Assembly (NCBI GenBank): GCA_021734445.1
Contig: JAIPIY010000003.1
Location: 1-62,075 of the forward strand
Origin: Minisyncoccota bacterium
Lineage (GTDB): Bacteria; Patescibacteriota; Minisyncoccia; Phycocordibacterales; UBA1006
DNA length: 62,075 bases
Direction: 5' to 3'
The notes beneath the pieces were generated by a model, which saw only the letters and a list, made by a program, of their open reading frames with translations, searched no databases and was not told the DNA's origin. The translations under genes and the position numbers were made by a program. This document shows, in pieces, positions 61,969-62,075 of the stretch; position 1 is the first letter of the stretch, and every line of letters starts with the position of its first letter.

Positions 61969-61998
61969 ATACTTAGTATAGTTCTTTTACATCTGGTT

Positions 61999-62058
61999 GT
62001 GATTAGGTTATCTATGGGTGCAAATTCCCCTGTTTGTTATTGTAGATAACCTAATCAC
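61999..62058 (+). promoter_or_regulatory. 16-bp perfect inverted repeat in the leader transcribed from the 61.94 kb promoter
   Basis: GTGATTAGGTTATCTA (61999-62014) and TAGATAACCTAATCAC (62043-62058) flank a 28-nt loop. AATCACTAACCG..AAATCGC follows, and that sequence also occurs at 10411-10435. Confidence 0.6.
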
Positions 62059-62075
62059 TAACCGCTAAAAATCGC

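Overview
The window is a 62 kb stretch of an AT-rich, gene-dense bacterial chromosome. Almost everything is housekeeping. The content includes mreB/priA, rpsU-ybeY-ftsA-ftsZ-trxB, thrS, tsaD, valS, leuS, lepA, murJ, relA/spoT, parB, murB/murA, miaA, clpB, infB-rbfA, uvrC, rseP and frr. There are 13 tRNA genes, a type IV pilin-like gene, a class II photolyase and a NirK-type nitrite reductase. Several core proteins are shortened (IF2, ThrRS, UvrC, HolB), which by inference fits a reduced-genome lineage such as Patescibacteria/CPR.

The best candidate for an undescribed system is a visibly AT-richer island at about 22.0-25.2 kb, lying 3' of tRNA-Glu. It holds two promoter-bearing cargo modules, each bracketed by 10-11 bp direct repeats (CGCACGAGAAG) and each followed by a conserved module that ends in a pseudo-tRNA 3' end. 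Together they encode a 376 aa protein with an Rx4H HEPN-type motif (KRNPSAHG) and two membrane-anchored orphans. I propose, as a hypothesis only, an abortive-infection/defence-like cassette array.

A related family of about 110-140 nt structured elements (three copies) sits immediately 3' of tRNA-Trp, tRNA-Cys and tRNA-Leu(UAA). Their ends carry inverted and direct copies of the neighbouring tRNA's T-arm/acceptor 3' end, and compensatory changes preserve their helices.

Other unusual points:
- ValRS carries an inserted histidine-phosphatase (RHGE) domain.
- LeuRS carries an inserted Nudix domain.
- MurA has an N-terminal XRE-HTH fusion.
- PriA lacks the Walker A and DExH motifs.
- Three orphan loci share a consensus promoter, and two of the three also share a leader.
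- An orphan terminator-bounded structured RNA lies at about 1.76-2.06 kb.

No CRISPR array, rRNA, transposase or integrase gene is visible in the window.
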